NCBI GenBank assembly: GCA_964252035.1
Contig: OZ176201.1
Source of the DNA: Podarcis erhardii
Taxonomy: Eukaryota
Strand: one strand, 5' to 3'
DNA length: 64,000 nucleotides
Part shown: in pieces, positions 13,097 through 25,900 of the stretch
How the letters are laid out: each line of letters begins with the position of its first letter
Numbering within the stretch: the first letter of the stretch is position 1
The notes under the pieces: model-generated
Told to the model about the DNA's origin: nothing
Seen by the model: only the letters and a program-made list of their open reading frames with translations
Databases searched by the model: none
Position numbers and translations under genes: made by a program

Positions 13097-16000
13097 ATGG
13101 CGCTAAAAATTTGGAATTGGAACATAAATGGGATGAACGAAAAAAAGAAAAGGAATAGTATTGAACAGTTTCTAAAAAGGAAAAATTTAGACATCATATG
13201 CCTACAAGAGACACATGTAGCAAGAAGACACAAAAAAATTTTAATTAATAAAAGACTGGGAAACGAATTTGTATCGTTAGACAAGGAGAAAAAAAGAGGA
13301 GTGGTCTTATATATTAGAAAACAAATTGAAGCGAAACAAATTTTCAAGGACGAAGAAGGAAGGATAATTGCGGTTCGAATCATCTGGCATGGAGAAAATC
13401 TGATTATTGTGGGGATCTACGCACCGAACGGAAATAAAACAGAATTTTATAAGGTGTTAGAAGAGAATCTATCTGAATATATGGATCAAAAAATCATTTT
13501 AATGGGTGACATGAATGGGGTGACCTCATTAGAAATGGACAGATGCAGAGAAGGAATAAGTAAAGAAGGAAAACTACCAAAATCCTTTTTTTCGATGATT
13601 GAGAGTTGCAATTTGATAGATATTTGGCGCCTCAAGCATCCATTAGACAAACAATTTACATTCTATTCTGAACCAAATAAGTCAATGTCAAGGATCGACC
13701 AGATTTGGATCTCGAGTGAACTGACACCAAGAACCCAACGGATAGAAATTCAACCGAAAGTAATCTCTGATCACAACCCGATAGAATTTGAATTAAGAAG
13801 CTTCGAAGAAGGAACCTTTAGATGGAGATTGAAAGATTATCTCCTAGATGATCAGAAAATAGTAGAAAAAGCGCAAAAGGAATTATCAGAATATTTCATA
13901 GCCAATTGTAACAAAGGCACAAAGGATAAAGTAGTATGGGATGCCAGCAAGGCAGTAATGAGAGGCTTCTTCATTCAGCAAAATTCAATTAAAAACAAAA
14001 ATAGAGAAAAAGAGAAAAAAGAAATTTTGAAGCAAATTATGGATAATGAACAAAAATTAATTAAGAAACCAAACAATTTGGAGATAAAAGAAAAAATTAA
14101 AATTCTACAATCACAGTTTGCCATTATAATAAATAGAGAAATAGAGTGGAATATAAAGAAGTTGAGACAAAGAAACTTTGAATTTGCGAACAAATCAGGA
14201 AAATGGCTCGCATGGCAATTAAAAAAAAGGAAAGAACAGAATACAATAAATAAGATTATAATAGAAGGAGAAGAGATTACCAACCCAAAGGAAATAAGAA
14301 AGGGATTCTTGGACTACTATAAAAGACTATATAAAAATACAGAAAGAAACAACTCGAGGAAAATAGAGAGATACCTGAAAGAGAAAAAGACACAAAAGAT
14401 CCCGACTGAAAAAAGAGACCAACTGAACACTCCAATTGATATAGCAGAGATAAAAGAGGTGATTAAAGAGTTAAAAAGGGGGAAAGCACCAGGGCCGGAT
14501 GGCTTCACTGCCTGTTATTACAAAGAAATGGAACCAATTTTGATAACACCATTGAAGGAAGTGATGAACAATATTCTAAAAGAGGGAGAAATCCCGGAAA
14601 CATGGAAGGAGGCGTTCATTACATTCATCCCAAAACAGGACTCAGATCTAACCCAAGTCAAAAACTACAGGCCGATTTCACTCCTAAACTTAGATTACAA
14701 GATATTTGCTGCAATTCTAGCAAAGAGGCTGAAAAAGATTCTGTCAGAAATCATACATAAAGACCAGGCCGGCTTCTTACCAAACAGACAGATGAAAGAC
14801 AACATAAGATATATAGTTAATGTGATGGAATACCTGTCTGATAGGATTGATAAAAGAGCCGCAATGATCTTTGTAGATGCCGAGAAGGCATTCGACAACA
14901 TAATATGGGACTTTATGATGAGAAATCTAGAATACATGGAGATAGGCGAAGACTTTCTTAAGGGAGTCAGAGCTATTTACACAGATCAGAAAGCTAAACT
15001 GATTATAAATAATGTAGTTACAGAAGGAATAAGGATACAAAAGGGAACGAGGCAGGGATGCCCTCTCTCGCCGTTACTTTTCATAACGGTATTAGAGGTT
15101 CTTTTGAATTCGATCAGACAAAACAAGGCTATAAAGGGAGTGACAATCGGACAGAATGAGTACAAGACCAAAGCATTCGCAGATGACTTGGCTATAATGA
15201 TTGAGGAACCAACAAGTACGATAAAAGCAGTTTTGGAGGAAATGGAACAGTTTGGAAATCTGGCAGGCTTTAAACTCAATAAGAAAAAAACAAAAATAAT
15301 AGTAAAAAATATGGATCAAGACCAAATAGAAACAATGCAACAAATAACCCAAATAGAGGTGGTCAAAAAGGTAAAATATCTGGGTATTTGGATAACTCCC
15401 AAAAATATAGATTTATATAAAAACAACTACGAACCAGCTTGGAAGGGAATCAAAAAGGACTTGGAGGTGTGGGCAAAATTGAAATTGTCATTTTGGGGAA
15501 GGATCTCTACAATCAAAATGAACGTGCTCCCAAAATTACTGTTCCTATTTCAGACTATCCCCATAATTAAGGGAATTAAGATCTTTAAGGAGTGGCAAAG
15601 AGTGATCTCAAAATACATCTGGCAGGGCAAAAAACCGAGAATCAAATTTAAATTGCTAACAGATACAAAAGAAAGAGGAGGTTTTGCCCTGCCAGATCTG
15701 AAATTGTATTACGAGGCTTCATGTCTTTGCTGGACGAAAGAGTGGATTAAATTGAAGAATAACGAACTGTTGGATTTGGAGGGATTCAACAACAGATTTG
15801 GGTGGCATGCTTATCTATGGCACGAAAAAAAGAGAGTCCATAAGGGTTTTGAGAACCACATATTCCGAGGTCCCTTAATTGAGGTCTGGGACAGATACAA
15901 AAATCTATTAGAACTTAGAACACCACGCTGGTTTTCACCCTTAGAAGCAAAGAGTATAAAGAGATTAAATATGGGAAGTAAATGGATAACATATGACCAA

Positions 16001-16858
16001 CTGTTATATAAAGAAGGGGAAAAGTGGAAAATAAAACCGTATGAGCAGGTGAAGGAATATGTTTATGACTGGATGCACTATTTCCAAATGAATGAGGTGT
16101 TTAAAAAAGACAGTAAAGAACGAGGTTTCATGGACAAAGAATCGTTATTTCAAAGCGAGGTTATAGGTAATGATACGAAAAATTTATCAAAAATGTATAA
16201 ACTGTTATTGGATTGGAACCTGGTAGATGAAGAAGTTAAGTCGGTAATGATTAGTTGGGCAAAGGATGTGGGCCACAATATACAATTTGAGGAATGGGAA
16301 AAATTATGGAAGGAGGGCTTAAAATTCACGGCATGTACGACGTTAAAAGAGAACACGATGAAGATGTTTTATAGATGGTATATGACACCGGTGAAATTGG
16401 CGAGGATGTATAAGACATGCAATAGATGCTGGAAGTGTAAGGATAAGGAGGGTACATTCTATCACATGTGGTGGGGCTGTGGGAAGGTGAAAGACTTCTG
16501 GGAGAAAATATACAATGAGTTAAAGAAGATCTTAAAGTATACGTTTAGAAAGGAGCCAGAAGTCTTTTTACTAGGACTAATAGGAAAGGAAATAAAAAAG
16601 GAAGACTGTAAATTTTTTAGATATGCAATCACAGCCGCAAGAGTGTTATTGGCCCAGAGATGGAGACAACAGGAAATACCGACCATAGAGGATTGGAGAA
16701 CAAAATTGTTAGAATACGCAGAGTTAGATAAATTGACAGGAAAGATTAGATACTTAAGAGACCAAAAATTCATCGGGGACTGGAAGAAATATGTAGATTA
16801 TCTGGAATGCTTAAGTAAAGGAAAGATGACGCTTAAGGGATTTAAAGAAGCACTGTAA
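13097..16858 (+). CDS. L1 ORF2p (APE endonuclease, reverse transcriptase, CCHC), 1253 aa, element A
   Basis: WNINGMN, LQETH, GDMN, RIDQIW, SDHNP (APE); KAPGPDG, YRPISLLN, DAEKAFD, GTRQGCPLSPLLF, FADD, YLG (RT); CWKC-x8-H-x4-C. No stops or frameshifts. Confidence 0.96.
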   Translation: MALKIWNWNINGMNEKKKRNSIEQFLKRKNLDIICLQETHVARRHKKILINKRLGNEFVSLDKEKKRGVVLYIRKQIEAKQIFKDEEGRIIAVRIIWHGENLIIVGIYAPNGNKTEFYKVLEENLSEYMDQKIILMGDMNGVTSLEMDRCREGISKEGKLPKSFFSMIESCNLIDIWRLKHPLDKQFTFYSEPNKSMSRIDQIWISSELTPRTQRIEIQPKVISDHNPIEFELRSFEEGTFRWRLKDYLLDDQKIVEKAQKELSEYFIANCNKGTKDKVVWDASKAVMRGFFIQQNSIKNKNREKEKKEILKQIMDNEQKLIKKPNNLEIKEKIKILQSQFAIIINREIEWNIKKLRQRNFEFANKSGKWLAWQLKKRKEQNTINKIIIEGEEITNPKEIRKGFLDYYKRLYKNTERNNSRKIERYLKEKKTQKIPTEKRDQLNTPIDIAEIKEVIKELKRGKAPGPDGFTACYYKEMEPILITPLKEVMNNILKEGEIPETWKEAFITFIPKQDSDLTQVKNYRPISLLNLDYKIFAAILAKRLKKILSEIIHKDQAGFLPNRQMKDNIRYIVNVMEYLSDRIDKRAAMIFVDAEKAFDNIIWDFMMRNLEYMEIGEDFLKGVRAIYTDQKAKLIINNVVTEGIRIQKGTRQGCPLSPLLFITVLEVLLNSIRQNKAIKGVTIGQNEYKTKAFADDLAIMIEEPTSTIKAVLEEMEQFGNLAGFKLNKKKTKIIVKNMDQDQIETMQQITQIEVVKKVKYLGIWITPKNIDLYKNNYEPAWKGIKKDLEVWAKLKLSFWGRISTIKMNVLPKLLFLFQTIPIIKGIKIFKEWQRVISKYIWQGKKPRIKFKLLTDTKERGGFALPDLKLYYEASCLCWTKEWIKLKNNELLDLEGFNNRFGWHAYLWHEKKRVHKGFENHIFRGPLIEVWDRYKNLLELRTPRWFSPLEAKSIKRLNMGSKWITYDQLLYKEGEKWKIKPYEQVKEYVYDWMHYFQMNEVFKKDSKERGFMDKESLFQSEVIGNDTKNLSKMYKLLLDWNLVDEEVKSVMISWAKDVGHNIQFEEWEKLWKEGLKFTACTTLKENTMKMFYRWYMTPVKLARMYKTCNRCWKCKDKEGTFYHMWWGCGKVKDFWEKIYNELKKILKYTFRKEPEVFLLGLIGKEIKKEDCKFFRYAITAARVLLAQRWRQQEIPTIEDWRTKLLEYAELDKLTGKIRYLRDQKFIGDWKKYVDYLECLSKGKMTLKGFKEAL

Positions 16859-19800
16859 AAAAGTAATAAGTATTGATTAAAGGGAATAGGAGGAAAAGAG
16901 ATAAATAATGTCAATACAAGATTGAGGAATGCGTAATGAAAGTGATGAATACGGATGATTTACGGGACAGCTGAGGGAAGTTTGAAAGAAAATGTAGTGA
17001 TGAAAATGATGTGAAATTACTGTATATATATATATTATTTTTCGTTGTTGTTGTCGTTTGTCTTGTTTTATGTTTGTGTTTTATGTTTAATAATAAAAAT
17101 TATATGGCAAAAAAAAAAAAAAAGCATACTGCCTCCAACAGTGAAGGTAGACATAGCGCTCGGGGTTAGTAGCCATTGGATAGCCATATCCTCCATCAAT
17201 TTGTCTAATCCTCCTTTAAAGCCACCCAAGTTGGTGGCCACCACTGTCTCCTGTGGGAGCAAATGCCCACCTATCATAGCGGAGTTCCTCCATCCTGTTG
17301 CTCCATGTCAGTCGCCCTTTTCTGAACATTTCCCAACTCCGCAATATCTTTTTTGATGTGAGATGATCAGGACAGTACACAGTATTCCAAAGCAGTCATA
17401 TCATAAATTTGGATGGTGGCATTATGATGTGAATAATTTTATTTTCAGCTAGTTGTCCCTGTTCTGTGTTTTGTTGTTGTTTTTTAAGACTGGATGGGGG
17501 AAGCACTGCACTCCTCAATAAAAGAGAAAGAAACGGGGAATGGGAGAGGTACCCAGTCTGTGATACCAGCTGGAGGAATGTGTCACTCTGGGAATACTGT
17601 AGCTCACTGTTAAAAAGCATTTATTTGGAAATTAACATCCATTTAAATGGATCTTTTCAAGTGTGTCTAAAGGTCATGCTCTGGTTATTTCCCTGCATGA
17701 ATTGTCACAACTAACCCCCCCCCCAACAGCCTTCCTGACCCCCTTCCCTTTGTTCCGTGTATGTCTGCTGCCAAGACTGTCCATCTCCCCCAGTAGTTGT
17801 GGGCTCTGGCCCAAAAAAGCTTAACTTTTAAGACACCACAATCTTGTACATTTCGTTCAGTGGGGCTTACTTCTTAGAAATTGGCATAAGATTGCAGCTA
17901 AACTAACAGACATACCGTAGTTGCCTCCCTGGAATAATTCTGATTGAGTGCACCACTCCTCAACCCCATCATTGTACCATTCATACCCAACATGAATTTC
18001 TTCTCCTTACTTCATGGTCGTTTAAGCATGATTTCTCTTCATGGTCTTTTAAACATGATTTTTTCTTTGGGCAAGGGCTTCATTGTTCAAACAAAAACCC
18101 AGGGAATGAGCTCAGCTTCCACTCCTTTCTTTGTACTTGATCAGACTTTTCCATTTCCTCCACCTCCTTTCACTTCTTCCTTATACCCCCTTTCCTGTTT
18201 GCTTGTTTTTAAATCCAGCCAAAGTCAAGCAGAGCTCCAGTGGGCGAGAGATGCAACACAATTGCCGCTGCAAGCTTACTCAGAAGTTGTCCCACTGCTT
18301 TCAGCGGGGCTTACCTCTCAGGAAAGTGCGGCTTTAGGCCTGTGCTTGGTTTTCCCCATTGAAATAGTGGAATTTAAGCATTTTGGAGGGCCAGATTATG
18401 CCCCCTTGCCAACATGGGCAGTCCTTGATGTATGAGTAGCTTCTTGTAAAAATTTTGGGTTGGAAGGGAATTTAATTGTGCAAAGATAAAGAAATTTAAG
18501 GTGTAGTCCTATGCACACTTGCTTGGAAATAAGCCTCACTGAACACAGTTGGAGTTACTTCTGTGAGTAAGCATGCATGGGACAGTGCTGTAAGTAACGG
18601 AAGACGGAAGACTTCTCTATCTCACTTCTTGTATAACTGAATGGGAAGAGGGCATGGCAAGCTTGGGTGCCCGTAGGCTCCAGAGTATGCCCGGTGATGT
18701 CACAGGTCCTGAGCCACAGCCCAGAGACCTTTGAGCCTGCACAAACAGGGCAGATTGGGACTTCCCTGCCCTCCGAATGCCATGGCGAGGGTGGCAGCTT
18801 TGTTGTCAGATTATCAGCTTGGAATCCTTGTCCAGAACCTCAAACTTCTTGTACATGCAGTTCTCTTAGTAGTTGATTGCGAGACGGGGTGAGGAGTATG
18901 TAAAACACTCCAACAGAGTGATGTTTAAATCTAAGAAAACTGAACTACATAGCATATAAGCAACATGCTATATAAGAACATCCATTTTGTTTAAATGCTG
19001 TGTAATATAAACCATATATATTTCATAGTGGGACTCATGCAGCCCGGGTGGTGGGTAGCTGCAGCAGCACCGGTCCCCTAAACTGAACTGTGGCCGAGAG
19101 AGCTTCAGGTATCATTCAGTTTCTCTGAACTGGCTTTCTATGAATTAATAACCAGCCTGTATTGAAAAGACTCTGCTTCAGATTTCAGCTCAACCAGGAA
19201 TTGGGCAAATTGTTCTTTGCTCAGCCTCACTGGCGAATTTAGAGATAATCCTCCCTATTTTTACAGAGTTGTTATTATGAACATGCATAGCATACAGTCA
19301 TAGGAGTGATCCTGCTGGCTTCAGTGGGGCTTAGGATTGGACTGTAATTCGCACGCAGCAATCATCAGTAAGCACTTGTTTTTCAATAAATTTGAGGTGT
19401 ACTGTATAACTTTGGTAACCCAAGACTGCATGATTGGCGGTGGTGTCATAGGTGAATCATGATTGTGTCAAACAATTTGAGGCTTCTTGGTCATCTGTTC
19501 TGGGTGATTTATTCACATCTTGTTGGCATGTTAAGGATACTCTCCCTTGCTTGTGTTATGAAATGAAAAGCTTGCGGGAGGGGGAATGGAATGTATTTTA
19601 AGAAGTGCCTATCATCACATATGTTTACTATAGATACAGTTTATATACCTCTCCATGAGACTTCCTCTCAGCCAGAAGAGGGACTTCCTGGTTCATTTTA
19701 AAACTCCAAGTGGAAAGCAGAAATTGGGCCAAGGTCACTCAGTAGTTCAGAAAGTGGTCTTTAGCAACCCTCACGCTCTCTTGAGGTCACTTGTTGATGC

Positions 19801-22535
19801 AGCTGCTGTGAAATAAATAATAATAATAACAATAATAATACACCACAGGCTGCATGCAGGTGGGTAACTTTCCTGCTCTCCAGAGAGCAGTGGACAAGAA
19901 GACAAAGGACCTGCCATAAGTGTCCCCCTTCTTTCAAGTGGGCATTCTAGCTCTAGCATCTTTCTCCATTCCCCATGGAGCAAAAGAACTATACAAATGT
20001 AACTGAACTCAGGAAGGGAAGGGGCAGGTGTATTGTGTAAGTCAGTTCCTCAACAGGGATAGGATGCCACACACTATGGTTGAGATGGCCTGATCTATGC
20101 TGAGAGAGGGGGGTAAAGTGGGCTTGAGAACCCTGAGGGAAACGGGTGGTCCTCCAGGCATTGCTGCTGCAACTCTCGCCATCTCTGACCTAGTGACTGT
20201 TCTGCCTAGGGCTGATGGGAGTGCCAACAACATATTTAGGGTCAAAGGTTGCCACCCTTGCTCTGTATCCTGTTGGACCGTCTTGCACTGCCTCCAGATG
20301 AGTCAGTAGGAGCAGCAAGGAAGGTCCAATCCTTTCCAGGCAGGGTGCAGGAGGCTCAGATGCCTCTAAGCTCTTGTTCCCCCTGACAACCCATTGTACC
20401 AAGCCATAGACAGCTCTCAGCCAGTGTCTTGAACAACAATTATCCCAGTAAATCTGGAATAATGTTATGACATCCAGCAAATGGCTCAGTAATTACTGCG
20501 GTTTTCCCAGTTTAATTACCAATTTAACTAGGGTAAGTCTGGCTGTCCCCAAGGCATTCCTCATCATGTCCTCGTCATCATGTCCTGTGTCTGCCAGCAA
20601 CGCACAGGAAATAATTGTTGGGTGCAAAACAACCTGACGAATAAGCACTCTGAATGTTTTACGTTGAGGAATTTGGGTTGCCTGCAATGAGTTTATGGGG
20701 AAAATATATTGCCCTGTCTTTTTTTAAATGAGGCTTATCAGCTGCCTTTAAAATGTGTAACTTGCCTAGATTAGAACAAGTGTCTCTCACTTTGTCTTTA
20801 ATCATCTTCCTCAACCCATGCATATGTTGAGGGGGAACACATATCCCATCTCAAATTGTGGAAACTGGGACAAAAGAAATGCTTGTTGTTGTTTAAGAAA
20901 AGGGAAGGGAAGTAAGGGAGAGTCAGTGGTGTGGTGGTTCAGTGCTGAGCACCATTGCAGTATAGATTCATTTTAATGGGTGTCTCTCTCAGCAAAACAA
21001 TACTAATTTGATTGCTTTTCTGCAACAGATGTTACCGTGTCAGCACAATACCCTTAAAAAGAAAAAGAAAAACATTTAAAATAATTTTATTTCTACACCA
21101 TTGAAGCTTTTTTTAATACAGAATAAAGCAGACCTTTTGGTTAACTTGCATATATGCACGGGGATCAAAGGAACTATTGGTGTTACAGGTTGAAGCAGAT
21201 ACACTGGGAGAGATTTTGCACGAGGCATTACTGACAGGTGCAGCACTTAGTGGAAAGCATAAGACTCTTAACTACTGAAACAAAGTCTGCTTAGCGTTTA
21301 TGTTGATCCAGTCCAAAATCCATTCAAAGCAATTAGAAGCTCTGCAGAGGACTCTGGATCTTCCAGTTCTATACATCTGAGCTTGCTAGGTATGAGAAGG
21401 TAATCCCTTGTAATTTAGAGAGTCTCTGAAGTCTGCAGGATGCTCTGCACATCCTTTCCATCTCTGTCCACTAAAAATGGCAGCCCATGGCCAAGTTCCT
21501 TCCTGTTCCTCCTTAACATCTTGCTCTGTGCCCTGTGTCAGACACCATTGTTCTCTGCCCTTTCTGTACCACGCCCACCGCCTCCACAATTCCCCATAAA
21601 CAGCTGCCACTCGTGAGTGCAAAGAACTGCCCATCAAGAGACAAGAGTTGAACCTGACATGGGAGTGCCATTTTTGGGCAGTGGCCCCATCCCTCATTGG
21701 TATATATGTATATCAGTCCCCAATCTACAGCAGAAGGGATTGACGCTCCTTGCTGCTGCCAACATTTTGTTCTTCCTTTCCTCAGACAGTAAAAATAGAT
21801 GCCCTGGAGCATCAAGAAGCTGAGCGTGACTCTCAGCATTATGTGGGTGGGGCTTTGTTAGCAGTGAACCAGGCAAAGGAAAGGTATATTGTGTTATGGG
21901 CCGTTTGAAATGCTTGACCAGCTTGTATGATGCACAGACCTATACCACAGTGGTGGATGCTCAAAGCAAAATAGCCCAAATAAACTTTTTACACATGCAG
22001 GCTGAAGGTCAGCTTGCTAGAATGTTGTTGTACAACTGCAAATACTGGAGCAGGAAAGTTTATCTGCATTTTTGAGCGTGTCCCAAACCAGGGCTGCCCG
22101 CCTTGCTATAACAGCAGGGATGCATCTGTGCCTCTTGTGAAATGCTATCGCTCTGTTCCAGAGGCTACTGATGAGAACACCTACGCCCCTGATAACTCGA
22201 CTGTGGCAGGATGTGTTTTGCTAGTGTGGCCTCTTGACACTGCCTGTTTCTGCAGCAAACAATGTACTGAAGTAACTTCCTGCTGAAAATGTGGTCTGGG
22301 TTTTTTTGTTTTTGTAAAGTTCTGTGTTCTATTGGTGTTGCAATTTGCCCTAACTATAGCAATCCTCCGCTTTCCATTTCAAATAGCCATTTTCTTAAGT
22401 ACACTGAAAATGTCTGTCTCTTTATCCTCCATTCAGCACAAAATCATCATTTTTTTAAGGCTGCAATACTAACCGTGCTAACCTGGGAGTAAGGCCCAGT
22501 GAATTCAGTAGGACTGACTTCTGAGTAAATATAGG

Positions 22536-22950
22536 ATCATAGAATTCTAGAATCGGAAGGGTCATCTAGTCCAACTCCCTGCAGTGCAGGAATCCCAGCT
22601 GAAGAATCTCTGATAGATGGCTATCCAACCTGTGATTAAAAATCTCCAGTGAAGGAGAGTCCACCACCTTGCGATGTTGAACAGCTCTTAAGAACAGCAA
22701 GTTCTTCCTAATGTTTAATTGGAATCTCCTTTCTTTAACTTGAATCCATTGGTTTGGGTCTTACCCTCTGGAGCAGGAGAAAACAAGCTTGCTCCATCTT
22801 CCACATGACATGACAGCTCTTCGAATATTAGAAGCTATCATATCACCTCTCAGTCCTCTCCAGGCTAAACATACCCAGCTCCTTCAAGTGTTCCTCATAA
22901 GGCTTGGATTTCAGACCTTTGCTATCTTGGTTGCCCCCTCTGCACATGTT
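22536..22950 (-). mobile_element. CR1 3' end fragment (second family)
   Basis: Plus strand ATCATAGAATTCTAGAATCGGAAGGGTCATCTAGTCCAAC...AAGTTCTTCCTAATGTTTA...CCAGGCTAAACATACCCAGCTCCTT is the reverse complement of the CR1 ORF2 end and (ATTCTATG)-type tail. Confidence 0.75.
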
Positions 22951-25900
22951 GATGAGGATTGTGCCATAATTCAAACATTTGAGGTGATTATTTTTAGAAT
23001 CTAATGGCTGGGGAATTCCCTACACCTCCTCGAATGATCTGAACACTGCAAATCCCCTTCCCTCCTCCCTCCCCCCCCCAATCATTTTGTCAGATGCAAT
23101 GTTGTCATTTCCTAGCTGAATGAAATTTATTTTGACCCTACCCTAGTGCTACATTTCCTGGATTTCGAGTACGAATATATCTCTGGCAAATTCTGCATGT
23201 GACAATTACAGTTCAGTGCTATTTTCCGCTAATGAATATATTTTTATGTTGTGAAATAAGTTACCGGTACTTTCTTCCTGATTACGTGAATGAGCTCTAG
23301 AGGCTCCCGCATAGCTCCAAAGCCCATGAGCCAGCCTGCTTCATTTTGGATCAGAGCCACCTCTATTGTGAGGTAGTCCAAATATCTTCCAGGTGGGGAT
23401 TATTGCCTCCACACCTCATTTGAGCTCTCAACCAGTTCACCAGAGGGCTGTTTATGGTAGTTCCTTGACATTAATTTCCATACTGCAGACCTCTGCTGTA
23501 ACTGCTGGACATCTCTGCCTTTTAATGCATGGCTTGCATTTGAAAGCGACCAGAAATTGAGATTTCTGACATTTGTGGTAAAGGTTCAGCAAACTTCTCC
23601 AAAAGGAAAATGCCAGCATAGCACTGGTGGCGCTGAGATGCTTCAAATATTCCAGGGATTCCTGCGTGCATTATGTGAGACCTGAAACTCTTAGAGGGTA
23701 ATGTTTTACTGAATTAAGCAGAGTCTTTCTTGCATGGCATAGCTCTCAGTCTTGAACTTCATTCCTATTCTTTTGCCCATTTGAGGCCTTCTGGCCTTCA
23801 CAATAAGACACAGAACCCCTGTGGCTTGCTGAAGAGCTATGTAAGGCTAATGTGGATGAAATACTTATTGTCTTCAATTCGTGGGCTGTTCTCCCTGTCG
23901 GCTCCAGGCAAGGCGATAGGTATTTGCATCTCCTGTGTTTTGACTTGCCCTAGTTAGCTTTAAAGCAATTCTGATAAGCTCTTACACAAATGGTGTCATA
24001 TAACAGGTGCTTTGTTCCATGGCTAGCATTCTCTGCTTCTGAAACATCCAGCTACAATGACTAGAGAAATAATAGTGCCACTCAGCACAGCCTTTCCAAT
24101 TTTTGCTTTATTCATGTAGCTTCATGTTTGTAGCAATCCTCTGTGGCCCATGTTGACTTTCTAATCTGCTTCAGACATTCTATCTGAAGGCCCTGAAATG
24201 CCACCTCCTTCCACAAAGCCATTGACTCTTTTTATGGGCGGGGGTGGGGTGGGGGGAATACCTATATCTGAAAATGCACTGCACTTTTTAACTTTCCAAT
24301 ATCCCTCCCCCACCCACCCGCCTCAACCCTCTTCAATTTGGTTTTCATCCCATTCATTCAGCCAAAGCTGCACTTGGGTGGCAATCCAAACTCTTGGCAT
24401 TTAGTGCTTAATAGAGCAGCATAGACACTGCCACAGTCCAGTCACTTGTGCTGGCAAGGGCAGAAGGGGTGAGGGTGGGGACAGGGCAAATAAACAACAA
24501 CCCTTCTCTAGTCCAAGTTCCAGCAGGGACAGATCAGTCTCAAAACGCCCCATTTCAGCCATTTCTGCTTGCCACCACCTGTGGGCATGCCATCAGCAAT
24601 AGCTGCTGCCCACCCCCTGTTGGGGAGGTACATTAGGGCATTCCTTGTTGGTGGAGCTTCCCTCCAGCAGAACTAGGCAGGACAGGGTGAAGAGACATCT
24701 CTGTCCCATCCAAACCCCTGCCAGCACACCGACCAGAAGTTTTCCTAAAAGCATCCTGCTTAAAACTGAAGACTCATTGAGTTATCTGCAGCTTTCAATA
24801 CTGCTGTTAATCCACACTCTTAACCTCTCTCTTTTGTATTGGTTTTTATGCTACAATGCCTTCTTCAAAGAGCTCTTATCTTGCTTTTTTCCATTTAGTT
24901 TCTGTCATTAGCTTTGTTCTTCCACCACATAGTAGGTTTTCCTAGACATTCTATAAATTCAGACCAATTGATAGCCTGTACTTCTCAGGGCAACTTACAA
25001 CAAAATCACAATACGATAACAATGGCAGAAATAATAGGTAAAGGTAAACATAGCCAGCAAAAACCTGTTGGAATGAAAATCTGGTACTGTCATTTTCACC
25101 TGATGGTTTTTAAAATGTACCCATTACCACTTTTATTCAAACAACATCCATCTCTCCACTCTGTTGTCTTCTCCAGTTCTTCCTGACCTCTTTTACTGTC
25201 TCCCCCACCCGAGTGACAAAAACCTATCTAACTCAGCATAAATAAAAGCAGGTTTTTAAACTACATGATTACAGAGCAACAGTACAGTATCTTCTTATAC
25301 TCTATTCGAGACAGTAAAATTGTGACTGCTTTCATACAACCACTAGATAATTATCCTTTCCTATATGCAACTGAATACTAAATATTTGCTCAAATGCACT
25401 TTCAGCCAGCAAGCATACCCATCACTTCACCTCTGTGGTCAGTGGATTACTGAAATTGGGAAGAGGTCAGGGTTTCTGGCTGAAAGTTCCCATATAGCAG
25501 TGTGTCTGAAGCTCTGAACCGTTGTCCAAGTTTTATTTGGAATTGTGTTTGTAAATAGGACCGCTTTCCACTGCCGTGGTTCCCACCCTGGGACCCATTG
25601 AAGAAGGCCTGTTTTGGGGAGGGGGGCACTACCAGTTCACAATAGAACTGTGGTGGAGAAGATTTCTCATAATTGGAGGAAGAGAAGTGGAAGAACTAAT
25701 CTTGCCACAAGGACCTACTTAATCTGACACATTTCTGGCATGTTTGACAAAGAGTAAACAAAAACATAACTTCACTGTAGCATTGGCTGCCTAAACCCCA
25801 TTCCCTTATACTGACTCATGCTGGCCATGCAACCCTCAGCTCAGCAATGTGGGTCCAAAGAAGTCAGTTGCAATGAGTTGCTAGGAAACATCTAGCAAGT

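Larger units (their letters stand above)
11322..17119 (+). mobile_element. L1-clade LINE, near full-length, intact (element A)
   Basis: About 750-nt 5'UTR, ORF1, ORF2, AATAAA 17092-17097, poly(A) 17109-17123. Flanked by identical 83-bp direct repeats at 11239-11321 and 17120-17202. Confidence 0.95.
11165..17450 (-). mobile_element. CR1 3' fragment split by L1 element A (pieces 11165-11321 and 17120-about 17450)
   Basis: Reverse strand reads GGCCACCAACTTGGGTGGCTTTAAAGGAGGATTAGACAAATTGATGGAGGATATGGCTATC...CTGGACTAGATGGG, the squamate CR1 ORF2 end and 3'UTR. The same family occurs at 33022-33307. Confidence 0.8.

Noticed and set aside
12495-16773. Antisense ORFs inside L1-A (likewise 36212-40551 in L1-B)
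   Set aside because: By-products of A-rich L1 codon usage (F/L/S/I-rich), no recognisable domain. No evidence for an ORF0-like product.
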